64,000 nucleotides of DNA from a bacterium (lineage in GTDB: Bacteria; Patescibacteriota; Minisyncoccia; UBA6257; GWB1-50-10). Every line of letters begins with the position of its first letter. Position 1 is the first letter of the stretch. Positions 8,802-16,932 of this stretch are shown here, piece after piece. The notes beneath the pieces are model-generated. The model saw only the letters and a program-made list of their open reading frames with translations. It did not search any database and was not told the origin of the DNA. The stretch spans positions 136,501 to 200,500 of the forward strand of contig JAKAIX010000002.1 in NCBI GenBank assembly GCA_021814165.1, read 5' to 3'. A program made the position numbers and the translations under genes.

Positions 8802-9965
8802 CTATTGGAGATGCTGAAGCGCCGCCTTAAATCCGTCGTAGGAGCCGCTTACTATAAGAACGTTTCCGCTCCACCCGTAGTTGATGGAAAAACCGGAATT
8901 CGAGAATGTAAGATAGCGATTTTGAACGCCGCTCGTCTGCCCGTCTTTCCACGACCCCGGGGTTCCCGGATCGGCGGCAAACACACCGGCGAGTCCTTTG
9001 CTTGCTTCGAATGCTTGTGCGAAGGCGGTTTTGAGTCCGGCGAGCGAAGCGGCAGCGTCTGCCTTCGCAATGATGCCGAGCGCTCGGTTGCCGCTCGCGT
9101 TGGTGTAGATAAACTCGGAAACATTAGCGCTTGGAAATCCGTTTAGAAGCGCGCCAGACGAGAAATCTCCTCCGAAAATCGTTTGCATAATTGTCCCGAA
9201 TGAAACGAGATTACCCGTTGCGTCCTTATTTACCACTTCCGTGACGCTCGGCGCCTTAGGAGAAGAGAAGGTGACGCCCGAAAGTGAGGCCCCGGTTATG
9301 ACGGAAGTGCTTTCCGCCGAGACATCTGCTGGTGTTTTAAATACAGACACATGGGATGGCTTTTCAGGCGGAACGGCGGTCTCGGGTGTTGTTGTGGCCG
9401 TTGAGGTGGCCGTAGTCGTGGCGAGAGGCTCTTCTGCCGGAGGAGTTGTTGGAGGAACCTGCGGCTCCGGCGCGGTATTTACAATCGGTGTCGGCTCGCT
9501 CTTGCCGAAGAAAAGAGGATATACCACGAAATAACCGAGTGCCGCGAGCCCCACGACGATAATAAAGACAACCAACGCGACGAAGACGCCGTTTTTCTTT
9601 TTTACGGGCCCCATCGGTGTTTGTTGATTCATTCCTATGTCCATTTTTGGAAGTTCAAACGATTGAGGATTAACGCCGGCGGTTTTTTCCGCAGGCGCGC
9701 TTGGAGAAGCGGCGGCGGGCGCCTGCTGCGGCGTATAGGTTTTCGGCGTCGCGTCACCTGTTTGGATTGAAGAAATATCCGACCCCATCGTTCGCGCTTC
9801 AACGCGCGGGTTTTGTGCCGTATTAATCATCGGCGACTCCCCCTCACCGGTTCCGAGTGGTTTATTCTGTTGCCACTGGCCGGGATTTATAGTTTCGTTT
9901 CCCATGTGTTTATTATAGCACTTGGAGGTCGGGAGGCGTGTGGATAAAAAAAAGAAAATCCCCAA
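8802..9965 (-). CDS. Membrane-anchored Pro/Thr/Ala-rich extracytoplasmic protein of unknown function.
   Basis: One TM helix (VFVALVVFIIVVGLAALGYFVVYPLFF), then a PT-rich linker and a Gly/Ser-rich C-terminal domain. The start could instead be the ATG at 9905 (MGNETINPG). Confidence 0.5.
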   Translation of the reverse strand: MGIFFFLSTRLPTSKCYNKHMGNETINPGQWQQNKPLGTGEGESPMINTAQNPRVEARTMGSDISSIQTGDATPKTYTPQQAPAAASPSAPAEKTAGVNPQSFELPKMDIGMNQQTPMGPVKKKNGVFVALVVFIIVVGLAALGYFVVYPLFFGKSEPTPIVNTAPEPQVPPTTPPAEEPLATTTATSTATTTPETAVPPEKPSHVSVFKTPADVSAESTSVITGASLSGVTFSSPKAPSVTEVVNKDATGNLVSFGTIMQTIFGGDFSSGALLNGFPSANVSEFIYTNASGNRALGIIAKADAAASLAGLKTAFAQAFEASKGLAGVFAADPGTPGSWKDGQTSGVQNRYLTFSNSGFSINYGWSGNVLIVSGSYDGFKAALQHLQ

Positions 9966-10116
9966 ATCCGTATTGCTCTCAACTCGGGCGCTTGCTTACC
10001 AAATATACCAATATTAGAAAGATAGGACCGTGCTTGGTAAGCATCCCGAGGAGTTCACGACGAGGGGCTACTTCATTATTCGGTCTTACCCTCGTTCGAG
10101 CAATACGGATTTGGGG
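9960..10116. repeat. 157-nt element bounded by perfect 19-bp inverted repeats (ccccaaatccgtattgctc / gagcaatacggatttgggg), with an inner 9-bp inverted repeat.
   Basis: The terminal inverted repeats are at 9960-9978 and 10098-10116. The inner pair is gcttaccaa (9994-10002) with ttggtaagc (10035-10043). It lies immediately downstream of pnp. Confidence 0.7.
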
Positions 10117-10140
10117 TACGGAAAGGAAAGATAGGGTTGC

Positions 10141-12201
10141 TTAAGATTGAGGAGGCGCTTCCATCTGCTTTAGAGAAAGTCCGATCTTCCCTTCTTCAAC
10201 GCGGATGATTTTCGCTTTTACTCTGTCACCCACATGCACCACGTCCTCCACCTTTTTCACAAAGCCGTTTTTCAGTTCCGACACGTGAATCATCCCGTCT
10301 CGTCCTCCGCCCAGATCTACAATTGCTCCGAATTCGAGGATGCGAACCACGGGCCCTTCGACAACTTCCCCGATGTGATACTCGTGGAAGATCTGATCGA
10401 TAAACCCGATCGCTTTCGAAACGAGGGAGGCGTCGGTACCCGCGATAAATACGCTCCCGTCCTGTTCTATGTCGATCGAAACCTTGTTTTCAACCTGAGC
10501 GAGAATGCCGTTGATGGTCTTGCCGCCGGGACCGATAAGCTCGCCGATTTTTTCCGGATTTATATGAATCGTCGTAATCATCGGTGCAAATGGCGAGAGC
10601 TCCTTTCTGGGGGCGGCGAGTACCGCATTCATCACATCCAATATATGAAGGCGCGCCTTTTTCGCGGCAACGAGCGCTTCCTTGAATATTTGAAGCGTGA
10701 TGCCGCCGATCTTCACGTCCATCTGAATCGCGTTCACGCCGTCTTTCGTGCCTGCAACCTTGAAATCCATGTCGCCGTAGTGGTCTTCGGGCCCCTGAAT
10801 ATCGGTTAATATTTTATAACCCCCTTTCTCGTCGCTCATGAGCCCAATCGAGATTCCTGCGATTTGCCGCTCGATCGGTACGCCGGCATCCATAAGGGAA
10901 AGTGACGTCGCGCAAGTCGATGCCATCGATGACGACCCGTTCGAGGAAAGCGTCTCCGCAACGACGCGAATGGTGTAGGGAAAAGTGTCGGTTCCGGGAA
11001 GCATGGGACGTATCGCTTTCGCGGCAAGCGCTCCGTGTCCTATCTCGCGTCTCCCCGGCCCTCTGGATCGCCCCGTTTCTCCGACCGAGAAGCTAGGGAA
11101 ATTATAGTGAAGCATAAAGCGCTTTTTCTCCGTCGTTTCCATGGTCTCGACAATCTGCTCTGCCCCGGGGGTGCCGAGCGTAGTAACCGCAAGCACCTGA
11201 GTTTCTCCCCGTATGAAGAGCGCCGAGCCGTGCGTGCGGCGGAATAATCCCGTCTCTGCGAGAAGGTCGCGCACTTCGTCGAGCGCCCTTCCGTCGGCGC
11301 GCCTCCCTTTTTCGATTGCGAGAGCGTGCACGAAACGATCAACCTCTTCTTCAAAAACAATTTCCGCAATGCGAAGCGAGTCCTCGTTTTCTCCCAAGGC
11401 CTTTAGATGCTCGAAAAGTTTTCCGAGCAGTTCCTCAACTCGCTTTTCTTTGAGCGCCGTTTCAAGCTCGTCTTTCAGAAATTCACTCACCGTATGTCGC
11501 AGATTCGGGTCCGCCTCCGGGAGTGCGACGTCCGCCTTCGGTTTCCCAACCTCCTTTATGATGGTCGTCTGAAAGTCGATGAGTTTTTTTATCTCTTCGT
11601 GCGCTTCGGTAAATATGCGTTCCGCGTCGCTCTCAGGACGTTCTTTCCCCTCAAACTCAATCATATTCACAAACTCCTTCGTCCCTGAGAAAAACGCCTG
11701 ATATCCGTATGAATGATCCGTTTTCGGCTCGATCGCCTTCACGCCTGCGACGGGTCCGCTCCACGGCACATCGGAGATTGCGAGCGCCGTCGATGCGGCA
11801 AGAAGTGCGATCACGTCCGGATCGTTCTTCTCGTCATAAGCGAGGACGGTGATAACTACTTGCACCTCGCGCCGGAGGCGCGGATCGAAAAGCGGCCGGA
11901 GCGTTCTGTCGATAAGGCGGGCCGAAAGCGTCGCTTCATCGGATGGTCGTCCCTCGCGCCGCACAAAGCGGCTTCCGATAATTTTCCCCGCCGCGTAGAA
12001 ACGCTCTTCGTAGTCGACGGTGAGTGGAAAGAAGTTTCCCGACTTGTTTTCTCCCGACATTACGACGGTTGCGAGCACCGCCGTGTCCCCGTACTTTCCG
12101 ATAACCGCGGCATTCGCTTTGCTGGCAAGTTTCGAAATTTCGATTTGAACCGATTCGCCCTTGAGAGTTGTAGAATACGTTTTTTTCGCTAAATCCATAT
12201 G
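10141..12201 (-). CDS. pnp: Polynucleotide phosphorylase (PNPase).
   Basis: Two RNase PH domains, then KH and C-terminal S1 (GEVVEGPVVRILEFGAIVDLGGGRDGMIHVSEL). I placed the start at MDLAKKTYSTTLKG by alignment with bacterial PNPase N-termini. The ORF track start at 12249 is probably too long. Confidence 0.9.
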   Translation of the reverse strand, partial: HMDLAKKTYSTTLKGESVQIEISKLASKANAAVIGKYGDTAVLATVVMSGENKSGNFFPLTVDYEERFYAAGKIIGSRFVRREGRPSDEATLSARLIDRTLRPLFDPRLRREVQVVITVLAYDEKNDPDVIALLAASTALAISDVPWSGPVAGVKAIEPKTDHSYGYQAFFSGTKEFVNMIEFEGKERPESDAERIFTEAHEEIKKLIDFQTTIIKEVGKPKADVALPEADPNLRHTVSEFLKDELETALKEKRVEELLGKLFEHLKALGENEDSLRIAEIVFEEEVDRFVHALAIEKGRRADGRALDEVRDLLAETGLFRRTHGSALFIRGETQVLAVTTLGTPGAEQIVETMETTEKKRFMLHYNFPSFSVGETGRSRGPGRREIGHGALAAKAIRPMLPGTDTFPYTIRVVAETLSSNGSSSMASTCATSLSLMDAGVPIERQIAGISIGLMSDEKGGYKILTDIQGPEDHYGDMDFKVAGTKDGVNAIQMDVKIGGITLQIFKEALVAAKKARLHILDVMNAVLAAPRKELSPFAPMITTIHINPEKIGELIGPGGKTINGILAQVENKVSIDIEQDGSVFIAGTDASLVSKAIGFIDQIFHEYHIGEVVEGPVVRILEFGAIVDLGGGRDGMIHVSELKNGFVKKVEDVVHVGDRVKAKIIRVEEGKIGLSLKQMEAPPQS

Positions 12202-12321
12202 AATGATTGTGTGCGCTGCCCGATTATCGGCATATTCGCATACTCGCATCGTTATCGGGTTGCGGTACCGATGCCAATATACGAATAAACCGAATTATAA
12301 GAACAACGCCGTTACGACTTA

Positions 12322-12837
12322 TTATCGCTCCCTGATTTTTAGAAGCGCGCGCGGTATTTTTTCCACCTCGACGAAGGTGTCCGCCGCCTCCTTTATTTTT
12401 GCCGATGCCGTTCTCGAGAACGCCGCAACATGCACTTCTTTCCCGAGCCCCCATTTCAGGTACTCGATGAGTGGAACGAAGTCGCCGTCGCCCGTGATGA
12501 GCACGACCACGTCAAGCGAAGACGCCATCCGAATCGCATCGACTGCCATCCCGACGTCCCAGTCCCCCTTTTTCGTCCCGTCGGCGAAGATCTGGAGATC
12601 TTTGGTGCGGAGATCGAAACCGCTCTTCCTCAGGGCGTCGAAAAAGGTATCCTCTCTTGTCGCGGGATCGCTTTTCACGACGTACGCGAATGCGCGCACG
12701 AATTGGCGGGTCCCTATAACCGACCGAAGAAGTTCTTTAAAGTTCACCCGCGCACGGTACAAGTTTTTCGCAGAATGGTAAATATTCTGCGCATCAAGGA
12801 AGATGCCCACGCGCTGATTCGGATTCATGTGTGACAT
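12322..12837 (-). CDS. NYN/LabA-like (PIN-fold) domain protein.
   Basis: Sequence GIFLDAQNIYHSAKNLYRARVNFKELL...VVLITGDGDFVPLIEYLKWGLGKEVHV matches the NYN (DUF88) acidic-residue pattern. Confidence 0.7.
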   Translation of the reverse strand: MSHMNPNQRVGIFLDAQNIYHSAKNLYRARVNFKELLRSVIGTRQFVRAFAYVVKSDPATREDTFFDALRKSGFDLRTKDLQIFADGTKKGDWDVGMAVDAIRMASSLDVVVLITGDGDFVPLIEYLKWGLGKEVHVAAFSRTASAKIKEAADTFVEVEKIPRALLKIRER

Positions 12838-12840
12838 GCG

Positions 12841-13107
12841 TTACGCTCCGAGTTCGAGTTTCTTCGAAATTCTCGTGTACTTTTTCTCGTCGGTGTCGCG
12901 GAGATACTGAAGAAAACGGCGTCGCTTTCCCACCATCATTAAAAGTCCTCGGCGGGAGTGGAAATCCTTGGGGTGTTTCTTCAGGTGATCGGCGAGGAAT
13001 TTGATGCGCTTTGAAATAAGCGCAATCTGCACCTCGCTGGAGCCGGTGTCAGTTGTGTGCTCCTGGTGTTCTTTAATAACCGTTTGCTTCTGGCGCTTGC
13101 TAAGCAT
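12841..13107 (-). CDS. rpsO: 30S ribosomal protein S15.
   Basis: MLSKRQKQTVIKEH...GSSEVQIALISKRIKFLADHLKKHPKDFHSRRGLLMMVGKRRRFLQYL is S15-family. This is the classic rpsO-pnp neighbourhood. Confidence 0.9.
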   Translation of the reverse strand: MLSKRQKQTVIKEHQEHTTDTGSSEVQIALISKRIKFLADHLKKHPKDFHSRRGLLMMVGKRRRFLQYLRDTDEKKYTRISKKLELGA

Positions 13108-13147
13108 AATGCGCTGATTTTACTACAATGTTCGGGGATTGTAAAGT

Positions 13148-13295
13148 GCGATTGGTTCTTTTTCTCGTTCGCAGAAATCTTCGCTCGCACGTATTCTCCT
13201 TGCTCCTCCTTATTCCTATTTCCTGCGTCGTTGCTCGGGAATTCGTCTGCTCGCTCCGATATGCTTACGAGAAAAAAACCAATCGCACTTCTTTG
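13148..13295. repeat. About 148-nt element bounded by inverted repeats of about 25 bp (aagtgcgattggttctttttctcgt / acgagaaaaaaaccaatcgcactt), in the rpsO/xerC divergent region.
   Basis: The arms are at 13148-13172 and 13272-13295 with one mismatch. The interior is pyrimidine-rich. Confidence 0.65.
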
Positions 13296-13352
13296 GTTTT
13301 GTTGTTGGGCACGCCCCCGTTTTGCGACAGATAGTGATACAATACAAGTGAA

Positions 13353-14240
13353 ATGAGCGAGATCGAAAAATATTTGAAGGAATACCTCGATTATCTCGAG
13401 GTGGAAAAAAACCGCTCCCCGAAAACGCGCGAGAACTACGAGCGCTATCTCTCTCGGTTTGTGGCGACAATAAAAATTAAAACGCTCGGTGATGTCACCG
13501 AGGAGTCGATACGGGAATTCAGGGTGCGGCTCTCGCATGAGAATTTGAAGAAGATCAGCCAGAGTTATTATGTGATCGCGATCAGGAACTTTCTGAAATA
13601 TCTCGTGAAGCGGGGCGTTAAGGCGCTTCCGCCGGACAGAATCGAGCTTCCGAAGGTTTCGCGCCGCGATATCGAGACGCTTGAGTACGGGGAGCTTGAG
13701 CGGCTCGTCGCCGCGCCGAAGATATCAACATTCCGCGGACTCCGCGATAAGGCGATTTTAGAAACGCTTTTTTCGACGGGGCTTCGTCTTTCCGAGCTTT
13801 GCGCGCTCCCCCGCTATATCGATCTCGATCGCGGTGAGATCACCGTGCGCGGAAAGGGAGATAAACTTCGAATCGTATTTCTTTCGGACGCCGCGAAAAA
13901 GACTATTAAGGCATATCTCGAAAAACGGCCCGACACCAACGAAGCGCTCTTCGTAAGTTTGAGTAAAAAGGGGAAAGTGCTCGGACGGGTAACGCCGAGG
14001 TCCGTCGAGCGGCTCGTTTCATACTATGCGCGCGCCGCGGGGATTCCGAAAAGAGTGCATCCCCACCAGCTCCGCCACTCGTTTGCCACCGATCTTCTTA
14101 TAAACGGCGCCGATATCCGGTCGGTGCAGGCGCTTCTGGGACACGCGAACATCTCGACGACCCAGATCTACACCCATCTTACAAACAAAGAGCTCCGCGA
14201 GGTTCATAGAGCGTTCCACGGAAGGAGGAGGAAAAACTAG
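13353..14240 (+). CDS. Tyrosine recombinase, XerC/XerD-like.
   Basis: N-terminal SAM-like domain, then the catalytic C-terminus HQLRHSFATDLLINGADIRSVQALLGHANISTTQIYTHL carrying the R..H-x-x-R..Y motifs. Its codon usage is host-like. Confidence 0.85.
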   Translation: MSEIEKYLKEYLDYLEVEKNRSPKTRENYERYLSRFVATIKIKTLGDVTEESIREFRVRLSHENLKKISQSYYVIAIRNFLKYLVKRGVKALPPDRIELPKVSRRDIETLEYGELERLVAAPKISTFRGLRDKAILETLFSTGLRLSELCALPRYIDLDRGEITVRGKGDKLRIVFLSDAAKKTIKAYLEKRPDTNEALFVSLSKKGKVLGRVTPRSVERLVSYYARAAGIPKRVHPHQLRHSFATDLLINGADIRSVQALLGHANISTTQIYTHLTNKELREVHRAFHGRRRKN

Positions 14241-14296
14241 GTTCGGTATTGGAGGCTGAGCCTCCGCGAGTAGGAAGCTCAGCCTCCCTGTTTTAA

Positions 14297-14381
14297 TATG
14301 GTGCCCCCGAGAGGATTTGAACCTCTAACTCTTTCGAGACAGCGTCCTAAGCGCTGCGCGTATTCCAGTTCCGCCACGGGG
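14297..14381 (-). tRNA. tRNA-Leu, anticodon UAG, type II with a long variable arm; CCA is encoded.
   Basis: The reverse complement folds as acceptor GCCCCCG/CGGGGGC, anticodon stem CAGCG/CGCTG with loop CTTAGGA, T-arm AGAGG-TTCAAAT-CCTCT, discriminator A, then CCA. Confidence 0.85.
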
Positions 14382-14427
14382 GCTCTTTTTTCCTCATTCT
14401 ATGCGCTTTTTCGCCCCAAGACGAGGT

Positions 14428-14456
14428 TTGACAAAAAGCTGTTTTAGTGATAGAAT
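14428..14456 (+). promoter_or_regulatory. Near-consensus sigma70-type promoter (TTGACA-N17-TAGAAT) driving the downstream low-GC cassette.
   Basis: TTGACA at 14428-14433, a 17-nt spacer, and TAGAAT at 14451-14456. It lies about 95 nt upstream of the first cassette ATG, which has an AAGGTAGGAG RBS. Confidence 0.5.
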
Positions 14457-14553
14457 ACAGCCAAGTAAACTTAACAGCTTAATATTGGTTGCAACGCGGA
14501 ATGGCTGAAATGAAATTAAATTAATTGAATAAATAACTAAGGTAGGAGCCTTT

Positions 14554-15153
14554 ATGAAGGTATTAAAGAAAAAGATTTTTCCCGTAACCAGCCTAGCAAT
14601 AGACTGGGTCCTTACGGAGGAAAATCAGGTTGGCGATTTCTGGGAAATCAAGGGCATTGCTCTTGTAAAAGACCCCAGGAGAAAACCCGCCAAAGACATA
14701 AGTATCAAATTCTTCCTTGACGGGAAAGAATACGAATCTGCAGAAAAAACGGATAATGATGGCCGTGCTGTGAAAACTTTTTCCGGCTTGTCATCAGGAA
14801 GTCATTCGTTTGAAGTATTGATTGTAGGGACCGCAGTAAGAAAGGTCTGCTCAAAGGGTTTTAAGGGACAATCAAAAAGTCCCGCGAAGCTTCTTTGGAA
14901 GCAGTCTGGAAAAAGTGGAAATTATGTAATTTTCTTCCAGGTTCTCACCGCAGATAATAAACCGGCTAAGAATGCCGTTATCAAGATATTGGATAAAACA
15001 ATCGAAGAAAGTTTTTCCAAAAATCTTGATCCTACCGATAGTAACGGAACCGTATCCATGAAAGTGGACTTCTCCGAAGGAGAAAAAAGAAGAGACATCA
15101 TCGCTATGGTGATAGGTTCCGAAATTAGAGAAAAAATTCATTTATTCAATTGA
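14554..15153 (+). CDS. Hypothetical 199-aa protein, cassette gene A, with two beta-rich repeats and no recognisable domain.
   Basis: Complete ORF with a strong RBS. Its codons are A/T-ending, unlike its neighbours. Internal repeats are ...KFFLDGKEYESAEKTDNDGRAVKTFSGLSSGSHSFEV... and ...KILDKTIEESFSKNLDPTDSNGTVSMKVDFSEGE... Confidence 0.65.
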   Translation: MKVLKKKIFPVTSLAIDWVLTEENQVGDFWEIKGIALVKDPRRKPAKDISIKFFLDGKEYESAEKTDNDGRAVKTFSGLSSGSHSFEVLIVGTAVRKVCSKGFKGQSKSPAKLLWKQSGKSGNYVIFFQVLTADNKPAKNAVIKILDKTIEESFSKNLDPTDSNGTVSMKVDFSEGEKRRDIIAMVIGSEIREKIHLFN

Positions 15154-15165
15154 AGGAGATAAAAA

Positions 15166-15669
15166 ATGAGCTGGAATTGGAAAGAAATAGCCAAAGAAGC
15201 AGGCATCTCCCTTGGGTTTGACGTCCTGTTTCACGAGATACTTTCAAAGAAGGTACCGGAGTTCGCTGAAAAGGCTCTTCGCCGTATAACCGAGCACGAC
15301 CGCAACGGATTGTTCATATTTATTGCCGACATGAGCGATGAAACTGCAAGAGAAAATCTTATTCGTCGCCATCGCGAGTGCAAAGGGAAGGCTGGTAAAG
15401 AGGATCGTTTTGTGAACCTCTTAACGAGACTCTACTTAACGGTAAAAGATGATCCATCGAAACACTGGATATTTACATATCTCGGTCATTTATCAGATGA
15501 CGAGTTCGATCAGGCGCTGTACTTTTTCGAAAATGATGTAATAAAGCAGTGGTTCGATAAGGTCAGCGATTTCGGCGCTGATACCGCCGGATTCGTTAAA
15601 CAAACAATTAAGAAGATTGACGAGGGAGGGAAAAACTTCTTTGATCAATTCTTGAGAGAGGAGGCATAA
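15166..15669 (+). CDS. Hypothetical 167-aa cytoplasmic protein, cassette gene B.
   Basis: RBS GAAGGAGAT. No TM helix and no known motif. It ends 1 nt before gene C. Confidence 0.65.
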   Translation: MSWNWKEIAKEAGISLGFDVLFHEILSKKVPEFAEKALRRITEHDRNGLFIFIADMSDETARENLIRRHRECKGKAGKEDRFVNLLTRLYLTVKDDPSKHWIFTYLGHLSDDEFDQALYFFENDVIKQWFDKVSDFGADTAGFVKQTIKKIDEGGKNFFDQFLREEA

Positions 15670-15670
15670 A

Positions 15671-16783
15671 ATGATCGCAGGATTTTTTCATTGGCTAGGA
15701 AGACTCTTTCGCAGAGTCCTTGTATATACCATTATTGCAACGCAAGCTATAACTCCCCTTATTATTGATTTATGGGAGATAGGAAGCAGGATTGTGAGAG
15801 TAGCTCTATTCATTCTTCTCGCATTCCCTTTCCTGATTATGATCGTAGCATTTAGTGGCGTTCCCTGGTTAGTTGCTACAGTAACGATGCTTGTTCTTGT
15901 CGCGATGCTGTGCGCAGGGATTGTATTTATAAACCCCCTGCTTATCGGTATCGTAGCAATGAACTCTCATATTCGCAGCGGACTAAGAAGAATAGCTGAA
16001 ATATTGGCGATTGAATTATTGGTAGGCGTGTATTTTACGCTTATGTCTTCATTTTTAAGCGTAAAAGTGAAGATAATAATTCTTCTCCTTTTATTCACAA
16101 TACTTTTCTTATCACTCGCAGGACAGAAATTTGCCAAGGCGATGAGAACAGTTTTAGTTCTTGTGCTCATTTGTGTTTCGGCGCTATCCGTTGTTTCTTA
16201 TGTTATGCCGAGAATATTTGAAGGATTGCCTGATGGTTTATCAGACGTCGGTATTTCCTACAAACAGACAGATTCTGAGAAAGAACTCGTTTCTCAGGGC
16301 GACTGGTTACAGGGAAAGTGGGACGAAGAAACCCAATTGAAGTTGGAAGGAGTACGATCAGCTTACGAAAAAGGGAAGATAAGTCTGGACTCAGCTCTCG
16401 TGTTGACGAAGCTGATTCAGAGACGATCAGAGAGCTTCCGGAAGGAACTCTCCGAGAAATCTTCTTCCGATCCTTCTATGACAACAACTCCTGCTACCCC
16501 GGCTTCGTCTGGTTCATTCCAATCGTTTAATGGGATAAGAAGAAATTACTCTCTAAATGACAAAGAATGGACGAGAATAGAGATTCCTTTCGGAAAGTGC
16601 TACTGGGGAATAACCGGTACGGTGGTAATTAAGGGGTATAAAAAGGTTGGGAACAACCTTGTGCCCGACGATGTCACCTACACGGTAAAGCCCTCTGACG
16701 ATCTTGATCTTGGGAATAAATATCGCGCCCTCGACGTGAAAGCGGAAAAAGGGTTCTGTGATTTTACTCTGAAGGCTGGCTGA
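15671..16783 (+). CDS. Hypothetical 370-aa membrane protein, cassette gene C: about 6 N-terminal TM helices plus a roughly 170-aa soluble C-terminal domain.
   Basis: It is translationally coupled to gene B (RBS GAGAGGAGGCATAAA). The N-terminal 200 aa are hydrophobic and the C-terminal domain is polar with a PT-rich linker. Confidence 0.65.
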   Translation: MIAGFFHWLGRLFRRVLVYTIIATQAITPLIIDLWEIGSRIVRVALFILLAFPFLIMIVAFSGVPWLVATVTMLVLVAMLCAGIVFINPLLIGIVAMNSHIRSGLRRIAEILAIELLVGVYFTLMSSFLSVKVKIIILLLLFTILFLSLAGQKFAKAMRTVLVLVLICVSALSVVSYVMPRIFEGLPDGLSDVGISYKQTDSEKELVSQGDWLQGKWDEETQLKLEGVRSAYEKGKISLDSALVLTKLIQRRSESFRKELSEKSSSDPSMTTTPATPASSGSFQSFNGIRRNYSLNDKEWTRIEIPFGKCYWGITGTVVIKGYKKVGNNLVPDDVTYTVKPSDDLDLGNKYRALDVKAEKGFCDFTLKAG

Positions 16784-16818
16784 TACGCTGATACGGATTT
16801 ATTTGTAATTAATAAAAT

Positions 16819-16860
16819 GAAGGTCTTATTCGAAATTTGAATGAGACCTTCTTATTTTTT
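16819..16860 (+). terminator. Rho-independent terminator closing the cassette.
   Basis: GAAGGTCTTATTC-gaaattt-GAATGAGACCTTC is a 13-bp stem with one G.U pair, followed by TTATTTTTT. Confidence 0.65.
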
Positions 16861-16932
16861 ATACACATGACGACAACTAATATAGGGAGGCCGGACTTCC
16901 TGACGGAGGTCCGGCCTCCAGAGCCCCCATGA

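Noticed and set aside
8333-8830. 165-aa plus-strand ORF
   Set aside because: It is antisense to the DksA/TraR-like zinc-finger gene and runs through the terminator hairpin. It has no RBS and is hydrophobic/low-complexity.
9960-10116. SRP RNA or 6S RNA assignment for the inverted-repeat element downstream of pnp
   Set aside because: The SRP domain IV signature (GGAAGCAGCC-like) is not present. A 19-bp perfect terminal stem is more typical of a MITE than of 6S or SRP RNA.
13353-14240. The tyrosine recombinase as the integrase of a prophage or integrative element at tRNA-Leu
   Set aside because: It lies on the 3' side of the tRNA with host-like composition and resembles chromosomal XerC/XerD. 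The low-GC cargo is on the 5' side, and no attL/attR direct repeat was found by eye. I keep the adjacency only as context for the cassette finding.
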